A stretch of DNA of 60,843 nucleotides, taken from sequence record DRR723986_3984. One strand, written 5' to 3'. The notes under the pieces are model-generated. The model had not been told where the DNA came from and did no database searches. It saw only the letters and a program-made list of their open reading frames with translations. Positions 9,705 through 18,336 of the stretch are shown here, piece by piece; within the stretch, counting starts at the first letter, position 1, and the number at the start of each line of letters is the position of its first letter. Position numbers and translations under genes: made by a program.

Positions 9705-10529
9705 ATGCATTTTGTGCCTCACGCCCCCGAAGCACCGCTTGATCGTTACATTCAGTCGATGTTTCACTATAGCGGCTTTATGCCCGACCATTCCATTGAG
9801 CGGGTGGTGCCAGACGGCGGCATTTATCTGATCTTTGAACTGGATGGTTACACCCGGCATCTGTTTGATGTGAAAACTCACAAGCCAACTCATGATTTCA
9901 CAAAAGCATGGGTGTCCGGCATGCAGAAAAATTACATCGCTATTTCGGCCCATGAAAATAGTGAAATGTTTGTTGTCCAGTTTCACCCCGGCGGTGCCAG
10001 CCCCTTTATGCGAAACCCGACCTCTAGTTTGAACAACAAAGTGGTGCCGGCAGAAGAGGTGTTCGGCGACAGTGTTTTTGCGCTGCACGAAGCGCTCAGG
10101 GCCGCCAATAGCGATGCTGCTATGTTTGAGCGTGCCACCGAGTTTTTGATGGAACATGCCCAGTTTGACGACAGTCCGGCGCGATTGCTGGTTGAGGAGA
10201 TGGTGGACGCCATCAGGGTGAATGCCGGCGCGCAGTTGAAAGACATTGTTGAGACATCCGGCTATTCGCAAAAACAGGCAATTCACCATTTCAAGAACCA
10301 GGTGGGGCTAAACCCGAAAGCGTTTCAGCGCATCGTGCGTTTCGGCGAAATTCTTGCGGCGATTAAGGAGAAAGAAACTGTATCCTGGTCCAAAATTGCG
10401 GCGGATTGCGCTTATTATGACCAGTCGCATTTCATTCGTGAGTTTAAGGCATTTTGTGGCTATAGCCCTAAAGAATTCCTTATAGAACAAGAAGATCACC
10501 CGGAAGTTAACTTCTTTCCGCTAGACTGA
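9705..10529 (+). CDS. AraC family regulator with DUF6597-like N-terminal domain
   Basis: ERVVPDG N-terminal motif; C-terminal HTH GLNPKAFQRIVRF...YYDQSHFIREFKAFCGYSP. Confidence 0.9.
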   Translation: MHFVPHAPEAPLDRYIQSMFHYSGFMPDHSIERVVPDGGIYLIFELDGYTRHLFDVKTHKPTHDFTKAWVSGMQKNYIAISAHENSEMFVVQFHPGGASPFMRNPTSSLNNKVVPAEEVFGDSVFALHEALRAANSDAAMFERATEFLMEHAQFDDSPARLLVEEMVDAIRVNAGAQLKDIVETSGYSQKQAIHHFKNQVGLNPKAFQRIVRFGEILAAIKEKETVSWSKIAADCAYYDQSHFIREFKAFCGYSPKEFLIEQEDHPEVNFFPLD

Positions 10530-10634
10530 AAATAGGCGGTTTGGCAAAAATATTTCTCTCAGGTAAATTTTATCCAATACGACGCTAGGTTGCCGTGCCT
10601 ATGTTTGGTCCAATATTAATTTGGGAGACAAAAT

Positions 10635-11045
10635 ATGGATACGACAACAGCATTTGCTGGGCTTGACTGGGTCGCTGTAATCGCGGCAGCGGTTGCGGCG
10701 TTTGTGGCGGGGGCAATTTGGTTTGGCCCACTTTTTGGTAAGGCATGGGTTGCAGGCTTTGGGTTTAAGGAAGAAGAACTGGGCGCGCAAAATAAGCTGA
10801 AAATATTCGGCCTCACATTGGTTCTAAATCTTGTGATGGCGATTAATTTGGCGATGTTTCTGGGCGCAGACCCAACGGTTGCTTTCGGCACGGCCGCCGG
10901 TCTTGCCACTGGCCTTGGTTTTGCCGCGCCGCTTATAGGGGTTTATTATTTGTTTGAAGGCCGTTCGATGAAACTGTTTCTGATAAACGGAGGTTTTGCT
11001 GTGGTGAATTTCACCGTTATGGGTGCGGTTATCCCGGCACTTTAA
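10635..11045 (+). CDS. DUF1761 family membrane protein
   Basis: WVAVIAAAVAAFVAGAIWFGPLFGKAW and LFEGRS.KLFLINGG motifs; four hydrophobic segments. Confidence 0.8.
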   Translation: MDTTTAFAGLDWVAVIAAAVAAFVAGAIWFGPLFGKAWVAGFGFKEEELGAQNKLKIFGLTLVLNLVMAINLAMFLGADPTVAFGTAAGLATGLGFAAPLIGVYYLFEGRSMKLFLINGGFAVVNFTVMGAVIPAL

Positions 11046-11079
11046 CTTTATCAAAATGACGGCAATGAGGAGACAGAGG

Positions 11080-11610
11080 GTGGAAGAAAATCTGAGAGAC
11101 AAAACCGGCAAAGACCTTAGTGAATGGAAAGCTATTTTGGCAGGCCAAGGGTTTGAGAAGCACGGTGAAATGATGAAATACCTCAAAGGGGAGCACGGCG
11201 TTAGCCATGGTTTTGCCAACTTCATCACTTTGAAGTTCCGCGAGGCGGACGCCGCTTCGCACGGTGCAGATGATTTGCTGGACGGGCAGTATCGAGGCAA
11301 AGAAGCGCTGAGACCAATTTATGACAAACTGAAAGCGGCGATTGAAGTGTTTGGCGATGACGTTGAAGTTGCCCCTAAAAAGGCCGCAGTGAGCTTCCGT
11401 CGTAAGCGCCAGTTTGCGCTTGTGCAGCCAACCACCAAAACCCGGATTGATTTAGGTTTAAAGTTCAACGACCGACCGCATGCAGGCAGGTTAGAAAAGT
11501 CTGGGCCGTTCGGGTCCATGTGCACCCATCGGGTTCAGCTTACAGACGTTGACCAAGTAGACGATGAGATCCTTGAGGCTATTAAGGAAGCTTATTGTGA
11601 GGCAGGTTAA
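11080..11610 (+). CDS. DUF4287 + DUF5655 domain protein
   Basis: KTGK..EW, KHGE...LKGEHG.SHGFAN, then PKK..VS.RRKRQFA, RIDLGL, CTHRV. Start uncertain (GTG 11080 has AGGAG RBS; ATG 11056 is possible). Confidence 0.8.
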   Translation: MEENLRDKTGKDLSEWKAILAGQGFEKHGEMMKYLKGEHGVSHGFANFITLKFREADAASHGADDLLDGQYRGKEALRPIYDKLKAAIEVFGDDVEVAPKKAAVSFRRKRQFALVQPTTKTRIDLGLKFNDRPHAGRLEKSGPFGSMCTHRVQLTDVDQVDDEILEAIKEAYCEAG

Positions 11611-11716
11611 CGGGATTTGTAATGAATTTGTTGCGCTTTTTGGCTAGGTGTTTCTACTCCCCTGACTAATTGTGTATATAACAATACGCGATGTAACAAA
11701 GTTGAGGGGATATTTG

Positions 11717-12574
11717 ATGGATTTTTGTTCAATTGATTTAGAAACTGCGAATGCGAAATTGTCATCAATATGCCAAGTTGGTGTAGTCAAGTTTCGCAAT
11801 GGTCAGGTTGTAGAAACCATTGATAGCCTCGTGAATCCGAAAACATACTTTGAACCTATGAATATCGACATACATGGCATTACTGAAAAAGATGTTCAGA
11901 ATGCGCCATTGTTCAAAGATGTTTGGCAACAAATTGCTTCATTTGTTGGAGGAGACATTTTGGTTTCACATTCAGCATTTGATAGAACTGCCCTTACACG
12001 CGCTTGCAGCCTGTACTCTCTCCCTATGCTCGAAAACCGATGGGTGGACAGCATGCGTGTTACTAGAAGAACCTGGTCAAGGTTTAGACAAAGTGGATAT
12101 GGCTTAAAAAGCGTCGCTAAATTTCTAGAGATAGAGTTTGAACATCATCATGCGGTTGCAGATGCTACAGCTTGTGGTGAAGTGCTAATCGCGGCAATCC
12201 AAAAAAGTGGTTTCAGCGTTGATGATTGGGTTAGTCGCCAGTCCAAGCAAGCCTCCGTCGAAATTATAGAAATCGCTAATAAGCTGGTTAATGATCAAGG
12301 GGTATTTTTTGGACAAAGCATAGTTTTTACGGGTGCTTTATCTATACCGCGCCGAGAAGCCTCAAAAATGGCCGCACAGTTAGGTTTTGAAATTGCTAAG
12401 GGTGTCAGCAAAAAAATTGATATCCTTGTGGTGGGCGAACAAGACCTTGATAGGCTCAATGGAAAGGAAAAAAGCAGCAAGCACCTAAAAGCAGAAAAAT
12501 TAATAAATGATGGGGTGCCAATAAGAATTGTCGGCGAGCCGGATTTTGAAGCTCTAACAAATATATTGACCTAG
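11717..12574 (+). CDS. DEDDh 3'-5' exonuclease (DnaQ-like) fused to a BRCT domain
   Basis: IDLETAN, SHSAFD, HHAVADA; BRCT motifs VFTGAL...VSKKIDILVVG...SSK..KA. Start ATG 11717 after GAGGGG. Confidence 0.88.
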   Translation: MDFCSIDLETANAKLSSICQVGVVKFRNGQVVETIDSLVNPKTYFEPMNIDIHGITEKDVQNAPLFKDVWQQIASFVGGDILVSHSAFDRTALTRACSLYSLPMLENRWVDSMRVTRRTWSRFRQSGYGLKSVAKFLEIEFEHHHAVADATACGEVLIAAIQKSGFSVDDWVSRQSKQASVEIIEIANKLVNDQGVFFGQSIVFTGALSIPRREASKMAAQLGFEIAKGVSKKIDILVVGEQDLDRLNGKEKSSKHLKAEKLINDGVPIRIVGEPDFEALTNILT

Positions 12575-12576
12575 AG

Positions 12577-12610
12577 ACAAACAGGGTACCTTTGCAGGCG
12601 CCCTGTCTGT
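12577..12610. terminator. Hairpin between convergent genes, probable terminator
   Basis: ACAAACAGGG...CCCTGTCTGT. Confidence 0.45.
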
Positions 12611-12616
12611 TAAGCG

Positions 12617-13750
12617 CTATTCGTCGGATTCAGTTTCATCGTCCGGTATTATTTCTACCATTGGAATACCCTTAAGGGCCTTAAAAACTGCAGCGGCAAA
12701 GGGCCGCTTGGACCATGCATTGAAGAAATATTCTAAATAGGCATCACCGCCCGTAAAGCGTTTTTCAAAGGCCGAGAAGTCCAGTTTTGCCATAGCATCT
12801 TCTTCGCTTAACCCTTCGGCGAGCAAGGCATCGCGTTGATCTGCGATGGCGTTGGAAAACTCAATCAATAGGTCAACATAGGCGGTGTCATGCTGAATTT
12901 TGCCATGGCCCGGCACCAAAATATCATACTCCAGCGCGTTTATATTTTGTAGTGTCGCGGACCATTTTCGGGGCGGAACATTGAAAAGGTAGGGCACTGG
13001 AACAACAACAATATCCCCTGTTGCGACAATCTTTTCATCCGCTAGCCACATAACAATATCGCCTGCGGTGTTTGCGTCCCCCAGATACATGAAGTCGATG
13101 GTACGGTTGCCTGAAACAATTTTCAGCTTGTCGTCAAACGTGATGGTTGGCTGCGTTATTTTCACGCGCTGTGAGTCTGCATGAATGATGTCAGCATCCT
13201 TAATGAAATTTCCATAAAACTTTCTATGCGCGTCGGTAAGGGTGTTGCCTTGGCCGTCTTTGCCAGATTCCATATACCCCTCAACTGTTTTCTTATAATC
13301 CATTGTGCCAGTGCTATAGCCGTCAATGTAGCGGATGCGTTTGCTGTTAAACACTTTGTGCGTGAAACTGTGGCTGATAACCTGAACATTGGGAAAAGCT
13401 TCCAGGTAAGGATGAATGCCAAAGGCATGATCGCCGTGCCAATGGCTGATCGCAACATGGGTAACCGGCTTATCGGTGACGCTACGGATTTTTTCAATCA
13501 CGCGCTCGGCGAACAGCGGCATGCCGCCGCCGTCATACACAACCACGCCTGCGTCTGAGACAACAAATGTAGCGGTGCCCATTACCGGGTTGCGCGGATT
13601 GTCTTCGCGCACACCGGCCCAAACGCCGGGTGCAAGTTCCTCAAATGTGGGGATAAAGGGGTCAGCTTTTGCTGAAATTGTAAATATCGCGGCACCGTTG
13701 CAGGCAGCGGCGATTAGTAGGGCTTTAAGAAGGGCTATTTTTTGTTTCAT
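12617..13750 (-). CDS. MBL-fold metallo-hydrolase with signal peptide
   Basis: SHWHGDH, ANTAGD, ATGD, VPGHG. Confidence 0.85.
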   Translation of the reverse strand: MKQKIALLKALLIAAACNGAAIFTISAKADPFIPTFEELAPGVWAGVREDNPRNPVMGTATFVVSDAGVVVYDGGGMPLFAERVIEKIRSVTDKPVTHVAISHWHGDHAFGIHPYLEAFPNVQVISHSFTHKVFNSKRIRYIDGYSTGTMDYKKTVEGYMESGKDGQGNTLTDAHRKFYGNFIKDADIIHADSQRVKITQPTITFDDKLKIVSGNRTIDFMYLGDANTAGDIVMWLADEKIVATGDIVVVPVPYLFNVPPRKWSATLQNINALEYDILVPGHGKIQHDTAYVDLLIEFSNAIADQRDALLAEGLSEEDAMAKLDFSAFEKRFTGGDAYLEYFFNAWSKRPFAAAVFKALKGIPMVEIIPDDETESDE

Positions 13751-13864
13751 GGGTGTTCCTCTCTGTTGAGAGGAGGCTGGCCAAAACCGACGCTTAATAG
13801 AACTTAAATGTCAGGTAACGTGGCTTAAGAAAACAACGATTGCACTTTCCAACAAAGCCCACCC

Positions 13865-15322
13865 CTATAGGTACGGGCTGGCCAGCCACATAATCCGACC
13901 CATAATCCGGTGACTGCTGCGGCGATTTTTCAAGGCCTCAAGCGACACGGCTTTAGCGCTTTCGAAGCGCGGCTGCATCCAGCTGGTCATTTGGGCAGCA
14001 AAACGCGGGTCATAACATTCAATGTTAAATTCAAAGTTTAACTTCAGCGACCGCGCATCCCAGTTGGATGAGCCAAACAAAACCCACGCGCTGTCAACAA
14101 TCATCAGCTTGCTATGGTCAAAGGGCGGCGGCGAGAGGAACACCCGGCAACCGGCTTCAACCAACTGTTTGGCCCCCGCTAGTGCAGCCATGGAAAATAA
14201 AGGTAAATTGCTTTTAAGCGGTAGTAAAATATCAATAGTGACACCGCGCAGCGCCGCTTGCTTAAGCGCGGCCAATAAGGCTTGTTCGGGCAGGAAATAC
14301 GGCGTGATGATCTGAACCCGGTCGCGGGCGGATGCCAGCGCGCTCTCAATTATCATTGCGGTTTTCTGCTGCGGTTCGTCTGGTCCGTCGGGTATAGAGC
14401 GTGCTGCCATGCCGCCGCTTGTGGGTGTCACATCGGGCAACCACAAGGCTTCGTCCAGTTTTTGTTTACAGGAAAACAACCAGTCATCAGCAAAGGCCTC
14501 TGTCATTTGCGTCACAATTGGTCCCGTTAGGCCAAAATGGGTGTCTCTAATACTTTTTGAGTCGCTTTCGCCTTCCAGGTGATGCTTGCGAATATTCATG
14601 CCGCCTGCGAAGCCCTTAGTGCCATCAATGATCAATAGTTTGCGGTGCGTGCGCAGATTAAAAAACGCTAGTCGCCATGACAGGCGCGCCGGGTTAAAGG
14701 TTACTACATCAATGCCGTGTCGCCGCAGCAGGTTTGATACAGGTTTCAGGCCGTACATATTGCCCACTGCATCTACCAAAACTTTCACGTCAACGCCGCG
14801 TTCTTTAGCGCGCACCAGTGCAGAGATTATTTTCCGGCCAGCTTGGTCTGCCTGAAAAATATAGGTACTAAGGGCAATAGTATGCCCGGCCTCATTAATA
14901 GCAGCAGTCATAGCATCATAAGCGGCTCGCCCACCTTCAAACGGGGTAATGGTGTTGCCAGCAGTAAGCTCGGTACCTGATACGCGGCCCGCTAGTCGGT
15001 CATGAGCCAACCACCGACGCGGTGCATCGGGTGTAATTTCTGCTAAATGCTGGCCTTCCGGGTCGGCAAGCGGCCCTTCGCGCGGCGCTAGGCCGCGCCT
15101 TTGGCGCACGGCAACCGCGCGGCGGCGAATACGGCTGATGCCAAATAGCAGATAGACCAGCACGCCAATGAAAGAGGTAAGCCAAACAACTGCCACCCAG
15201 GCAATGGCAGAGCGCACCTCGTCTTTGGTATAAAGAATGTGCACGGTTGTCGCCATTTGAGCGACAAGACCGCCAAGGGCGACGACGATCAAATCCAGCC
15301 ATTCTAATGCAAATAATTCCAT
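13865..15322 (-). CDS. cls: Cardiolipin synthase (PLD family)
   Basis: Two HKD motifs (HRKLLIID, HSKLMIVD) and N-terminal PLDc_N TM helices. Start moved to ATG 15322. Confidence 0.88.
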   Translation of the reverse strand: MELFALEWLDLIVVALGGLVAQMATTVHILYTKDEVRSAIAWVAVVWLTSFIGVLVYLLFGISRIRRRAVAVRQRRGLAPREGPLADPEGQHLAEITPDAPRRWLAHDRLAGRVSGTELTAGNTITPFEGGRAAYDAMTAAINEAGHTIALSTYIFQADQAGRKIISALVRAKERGVDVKVLVDAVGNMYGLKPVSNLLRRHGIDVVTFNPARLSWRLAFFNLRTHRKLLIIDGTKGFAGGMNIRKHHLEGESDSKSIRDTHFGLTGPIVTQMTEAFADDWLFSCKQKLDEALWLPDVTPTSGGMAARSIPDGPDEPQQKTAMIIESALASARDRVQIITPYFLPEQALLAALKQAALRGVTIDILLPLKSNLPLFSMAALAGAKQLVEAGCRVFLSPPPFDHSKLMIVDSAWVLFGSSNWDARSLKLNFEFNIECYDPRFAAQMTSWMQPRFESAKAVSLEALKNRRSSHRIMGRIMWLASPYL

Positions 15323-15455
15323 ACGTTCTATATAGGCGAAATCCTGTGATCTGAAAGCCCCAAACTGACAGTGGTTAGGGCTTATGTGACAAGATGCCGT
15401 GTTATAAAACCACACTTTGCTTGTGGCCCGCGATCGCATTCGCTAGCTTGCTTGT

Positions 15456-16148
15456 ATGACCGAAACAAAGTTTACATTTGACAGTGCCACTCGCCTTGCA
15501 GGCAGTGGTTTGGCATGCCGCCGGGGGGGTAGGCGCGTATTTGAAGGGTTAAATTTTGAGGTTAAAGCCGGTGATTTTATGAGCTTGACCGGCAAAAATG
15601 GCAGTGGAAAGTCAACCTTTTTGCGCATGGTCGCCGGTTTTGTACCCAAAAGCGGTGGGGTTTTGGTTTATGGTTTAGGTGAGGATGCAACAACCATACT
15701 ATCGCCCCATGACTTTACTTTGGTGGGGCACCAAAACAGCTTGAAGCCAAGTATGACCCTGCGGGAAAATGCTACTTTTTATTATCAGTTGATGACCGGG
15801 ACCAGTCCAAGCGCAGACCGGCTGCAATTTGCCGCCGATATTTTTGCCCTCGGCCCGTTACTGGACGAGCGAGCGCAGTATTTTTCCAGTGGCCAGCGGC
15901 ACCGGGCGGCCTTGATGCGGTTTCCGCTGGTGGCACAACAATTATGGTTGATGGATGAACCAACCGTGGGGTTGGACGCCGATAACCGGGCAGCGCTTGC
16001 TGAACTGATTCAGCACCATATCGCTTGTGGTGGTAGCGTTATTGCCGCCACACATGACCCCATGGGTGTTAAGGGCCAGGTGCTTGATATGGACCAATTC
16101 CAGCCTACAGCTGGCTCAAGTAGTGACATTGATGAGGATTGGTTATGA
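15456..16148 (+). CDS. ccmA: Heme ABC exporter ATP-binding protein CcmA
   Basis: GKNGSGKST, SSGQ, WLMDEP; first gene of the ccm cluster. Confidence 0.92.
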   Translation: MTETKFTFDSATRLAGSGLACRRGGRRVFEGLNFEVKAGDFMSLTGKNGSGKSTFLRMVAGFVPKSGGVLVYGLGEDATTILSPHDFTLVGHQNSLKPSMTLRENATFYYQLMTGTSPSADRLQFAADIFALGPLLDERAQYFSSGQRHRAALMRFPLVAQQLWLMDEPTVGLDADNRAALAELIQHHIACGGSVIAATHDPMGVKGQVLDMDQFQPTAGSSSDIDEDWL

Positions 16149-16879
16149 GCGCGCCTGTGCTTCCTGAGTCTTCTGTAACTCCTGTGCCGCCAGTGTCTCA
16201 GCAAGGGTCGCTATTTGCGGTTTTTACCGCACTGGTTCGCCGAGATATTGCATTGGCGTGGAGCCAAGGCGGGGCAAGTTTGCTGGCGCTGGGCTTTTTC
16301 CTGATTGCTGTTTCGCTTTTTCCGTTCGGTGTCGGGCCGGAGCCACAAATTTTGGCGCGCATTGCACCGGGTATTATATGGGTGGTGGTTTTGTTGGCGT
16401 CGGTTGTTAGCCTTGACCGTCTTTATCAGGCTGATTTTGAAGATGGCTCGCTGGATGATCTGGTAGTGTCGCCCCTGGGGCTTTTGGGTATTGCCAGTGC
16501 CAAAGTTCTGGCGCATTGGCTTTCGACTACTTTGCCGCTTGCTGTAGCAGCACCGGCGCTTGCTGTTTTGATGAACTTGCCCGATGAGGGCTATTCTGTG
16601 CTCATTGCATCGCTGTTTATTGGCACGCCAGCCTTGTCTTTAATTGGCAGTATTGGTGCGGCCCTCACAGTTGCTGTGCGCCGTGGGGGCGTGCTGATGT
16701 TCCTCCTTATTCTGCCCTTGTTTGTCCCAACGTTAATTTTTGGTGTTGGCGCTGTGGACGCTGCGGTTACCCTGGGCGAGCCTCTGCCACACTTGGCGCT
16801 TCTGGCTGCTACGACGCTTGTTGCACTGGTGGTTGGCCTTGCCGCTTCTGCTGCTGCGTTGAAGCTGGCGTTGGAATAA
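16145..16879 (+). CDS. ccmB: Heme exporter protein CcmB
   Basis: LFPFGVGPEP, DFEDGSL, KVLAHW, LPLFVPTLIFG; ATGA overlap with ccmA. Confidence 0.93.
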   Translation: MSAPVLPESSVTPVPPVSQQGSLFAVFTALVRRDIALAWSQGGASLLALGFFLIAVSLFPFGVGPEPQILARIAPGIIWVVVLLASVVSLDRLYQADFEDGSLDDLVVSPLGLLGIASAKVLAHWLSTTLPLAVAAPALAVLMNLPDEGYSVLIASLFIGTPALSLIGSIGAALTVAVRRGGVLMFLLILPLFVPTLIFGVGAVDAAVTLGEPLPHLALLAATTLVALVVGLAASAAALKLALE

Positions 16880-16948
16880 CATAAAAATCTATCACTGAGA
16901 CAGCCGGTCGCACTTGTGATAGCCACGAGATCAGTTTAGATAGAAGCC

Positions 16949-17668
16949 ATGCATAGATTCGCCAATCCAGCCCAGTTTAACCGCCTCGCCGATGCCGTCA
17001 TGCCGTGGGCCATGATCGCAACCGTTTTGCTGTTCGGTGCCGGGCTTTATTATGCGCTCATTGGCAGCCCGCCCGATTACCAGCAAGGCGAAAGTGTGCG
17101 GGTTATGTATGTCCATGTACCCGCTGCCTGGATGGGCATGTTTGTATATTTCGTTGTGGCGGCGGCAAGTTTTACGGCGCTTGTATGGCGGCACCCTTTG
17201 GCGTTGTTGGCAGGCCGGGCGGCGGCACCCATTGGCGCGGTGTTTACAGCACTTGCGCTTGTCACAGGCATGCTATGGGGCAAGCCCATGTGGGGCACTT
17301 ACTGGGTTTGGGATGGCCGCTTAACTTCTGTTTTGGTGCAGTTTTTTCTCTATCTTGGTTACATGGCTTTGTGGCAGGCAATGGAAGACGAAGAAAAAGC
17401 CGGGCGCGCGGCTTCCATTCTCGCGCTTGTTGGTGTGGTTAATTTGCCGATCATAAAATTTTCCGTGGATTGGTGGAGTACCCTACATCAGCCTGCCAGC
17501 GTGATGCGCCTAGATGGCCCAACCATTGACGGTTCTATGCTGACGCCGCTTTTTCTTATGGCTGCGGCTTATCAGGTTTATTTTATTGTGGTGTTTATCT
17601 GGCGCATGAAGCTGGAGATCAACAACCGTAAACTGTCGGTTATGCGCGGCGCGGGATTGGAAAGGTAA
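16949..17668 (+). CDS. ccmC: Heme exporter protein CcmC
   Basis: YVHVPAAW, WWD motif WGKPMWGTYWVWDGRLT, WSTLHQ. Confidence 0.96.
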   Translation: MHRFANPAQFNRLADAVMPWAMIATVLLFGAGLYYALIGSPPDYQQGESVRVMYVHVPAAWMGMFVYFVVAAASFTALVWRHPLALLAGRAAAPIGAVFTALALVTGMLWGKPMWGTYWVWDGRLTSVLVQFFLYLGYMALWQAMEDEEKAGRAASILALVGVVNLPIIKFSVDWWSTLHQPASVMRLDGPTIDGSMLTPLFLMAAAYQVYFIVVFIWRMKLEINNRKLSVMRGAGLER

Positions 17669-17832
17669 TGAGTGAATTTCTCGATATGGGCAAGCATGCG
17701 GTTTTTATCTGGTCGGCTTATGGGCTGAGCGGGGCGTTGATCGTGTTTCTTGCGCTGCGCTCCCGGTCAAAGTTCAAAGCCAGCGAAGAGCAAGTTGCTG
17801 CAGCGCGGGCGCGCCGTAAAGGGGGTGTGTAG
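17668..17832 (+). CDS. ccmD: Heme exporter protein CcmD (54 aa; not in ORF track)
   Basis: Hand translation MSEFLDMGKHAVFIWSAYGLSGALIVFLALRSRSKFKASEEQVAAARARRKGGV; overlaps ccmC stop (TAATG) and ccmE start (TAGTG). Confidence 0.9.
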   Translation: MSEFLDMGKHAVFIWSAYGLSGALIVFLALRSRSKFKASEEQVAAARARRKGGV

Positions 17833-18335
17833 TGGCTGGCCTTAAAACCCGTAAACAGCAACGGTTGCTTGTTGTCTCGGCGGCAGTGGCGACCCTTATT
17901 GGGGCCACCCTTCTGGTTCTGTTCGCGCTTGGCGGCGAAAGCCTTAGCCTGTTCCTGCAGCCGTCTGATGTGCGTGACAAGCAAATAGCTGCCGGGCAGC
18001 ATTTTCGCCTTGGTGGCTTGGTAGAGGAAGGGTCTTTCAGCCGTGATGCAGACGGCCTTACCTATCGCTTCAGCGTTACCGACTGTGCGGCCACATTGCC
18101 GGTTCAATTTAAGGGCTTGCTGCCGGATTTGTTCCGTGAAGGGCAAGGTATTGTTACCGAAGGTGAGCTGAACGCAAGTGGGGTTTTTGTAGCCTCAACT
18201 GTGCTTGCCAAACACGATGAAAATTATAACCCACCCGGCACCATGCCTAAGTCAGCTGATCAATGTAGTCATCCGGAAGACGCACCATATGGTGCGGATA
18301 GTGCACCGGCTGATAAAACCGAGGCAGGCAACTAA
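17832..18335 (+). CDS. ccmE: Heme chaperone CcmE
   Basis: FRLGGLVEEGS, GLLPDLFREGQG, LAKHDENY (heme-binding HxxxY). Confidence 0.95.
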   Translation: MAGLKTRKQQRLLVVSAAVATLIGATLLVLFALGGESLSLFLQPSDVRDKQIAAGQHFRLGGLVEEGSFSRDADGLTYRFSVTDCAATLPVQFKGLLPDLFREGQGIVTEGELNASGVFVASTVLAKHDENYNPPGTMPKSADQCSHPEDAPYGADSAPADKTEAGN

Positions 18336-18336
18336 C

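Noticed and set aside
9483-10289. 268-aa minus-strand ORF, and similar long antisense ORFs such as 4952-5632 and 56174-56911
   Set aside because: Antisense shadows of well-supported genes, with no motifs of their own.
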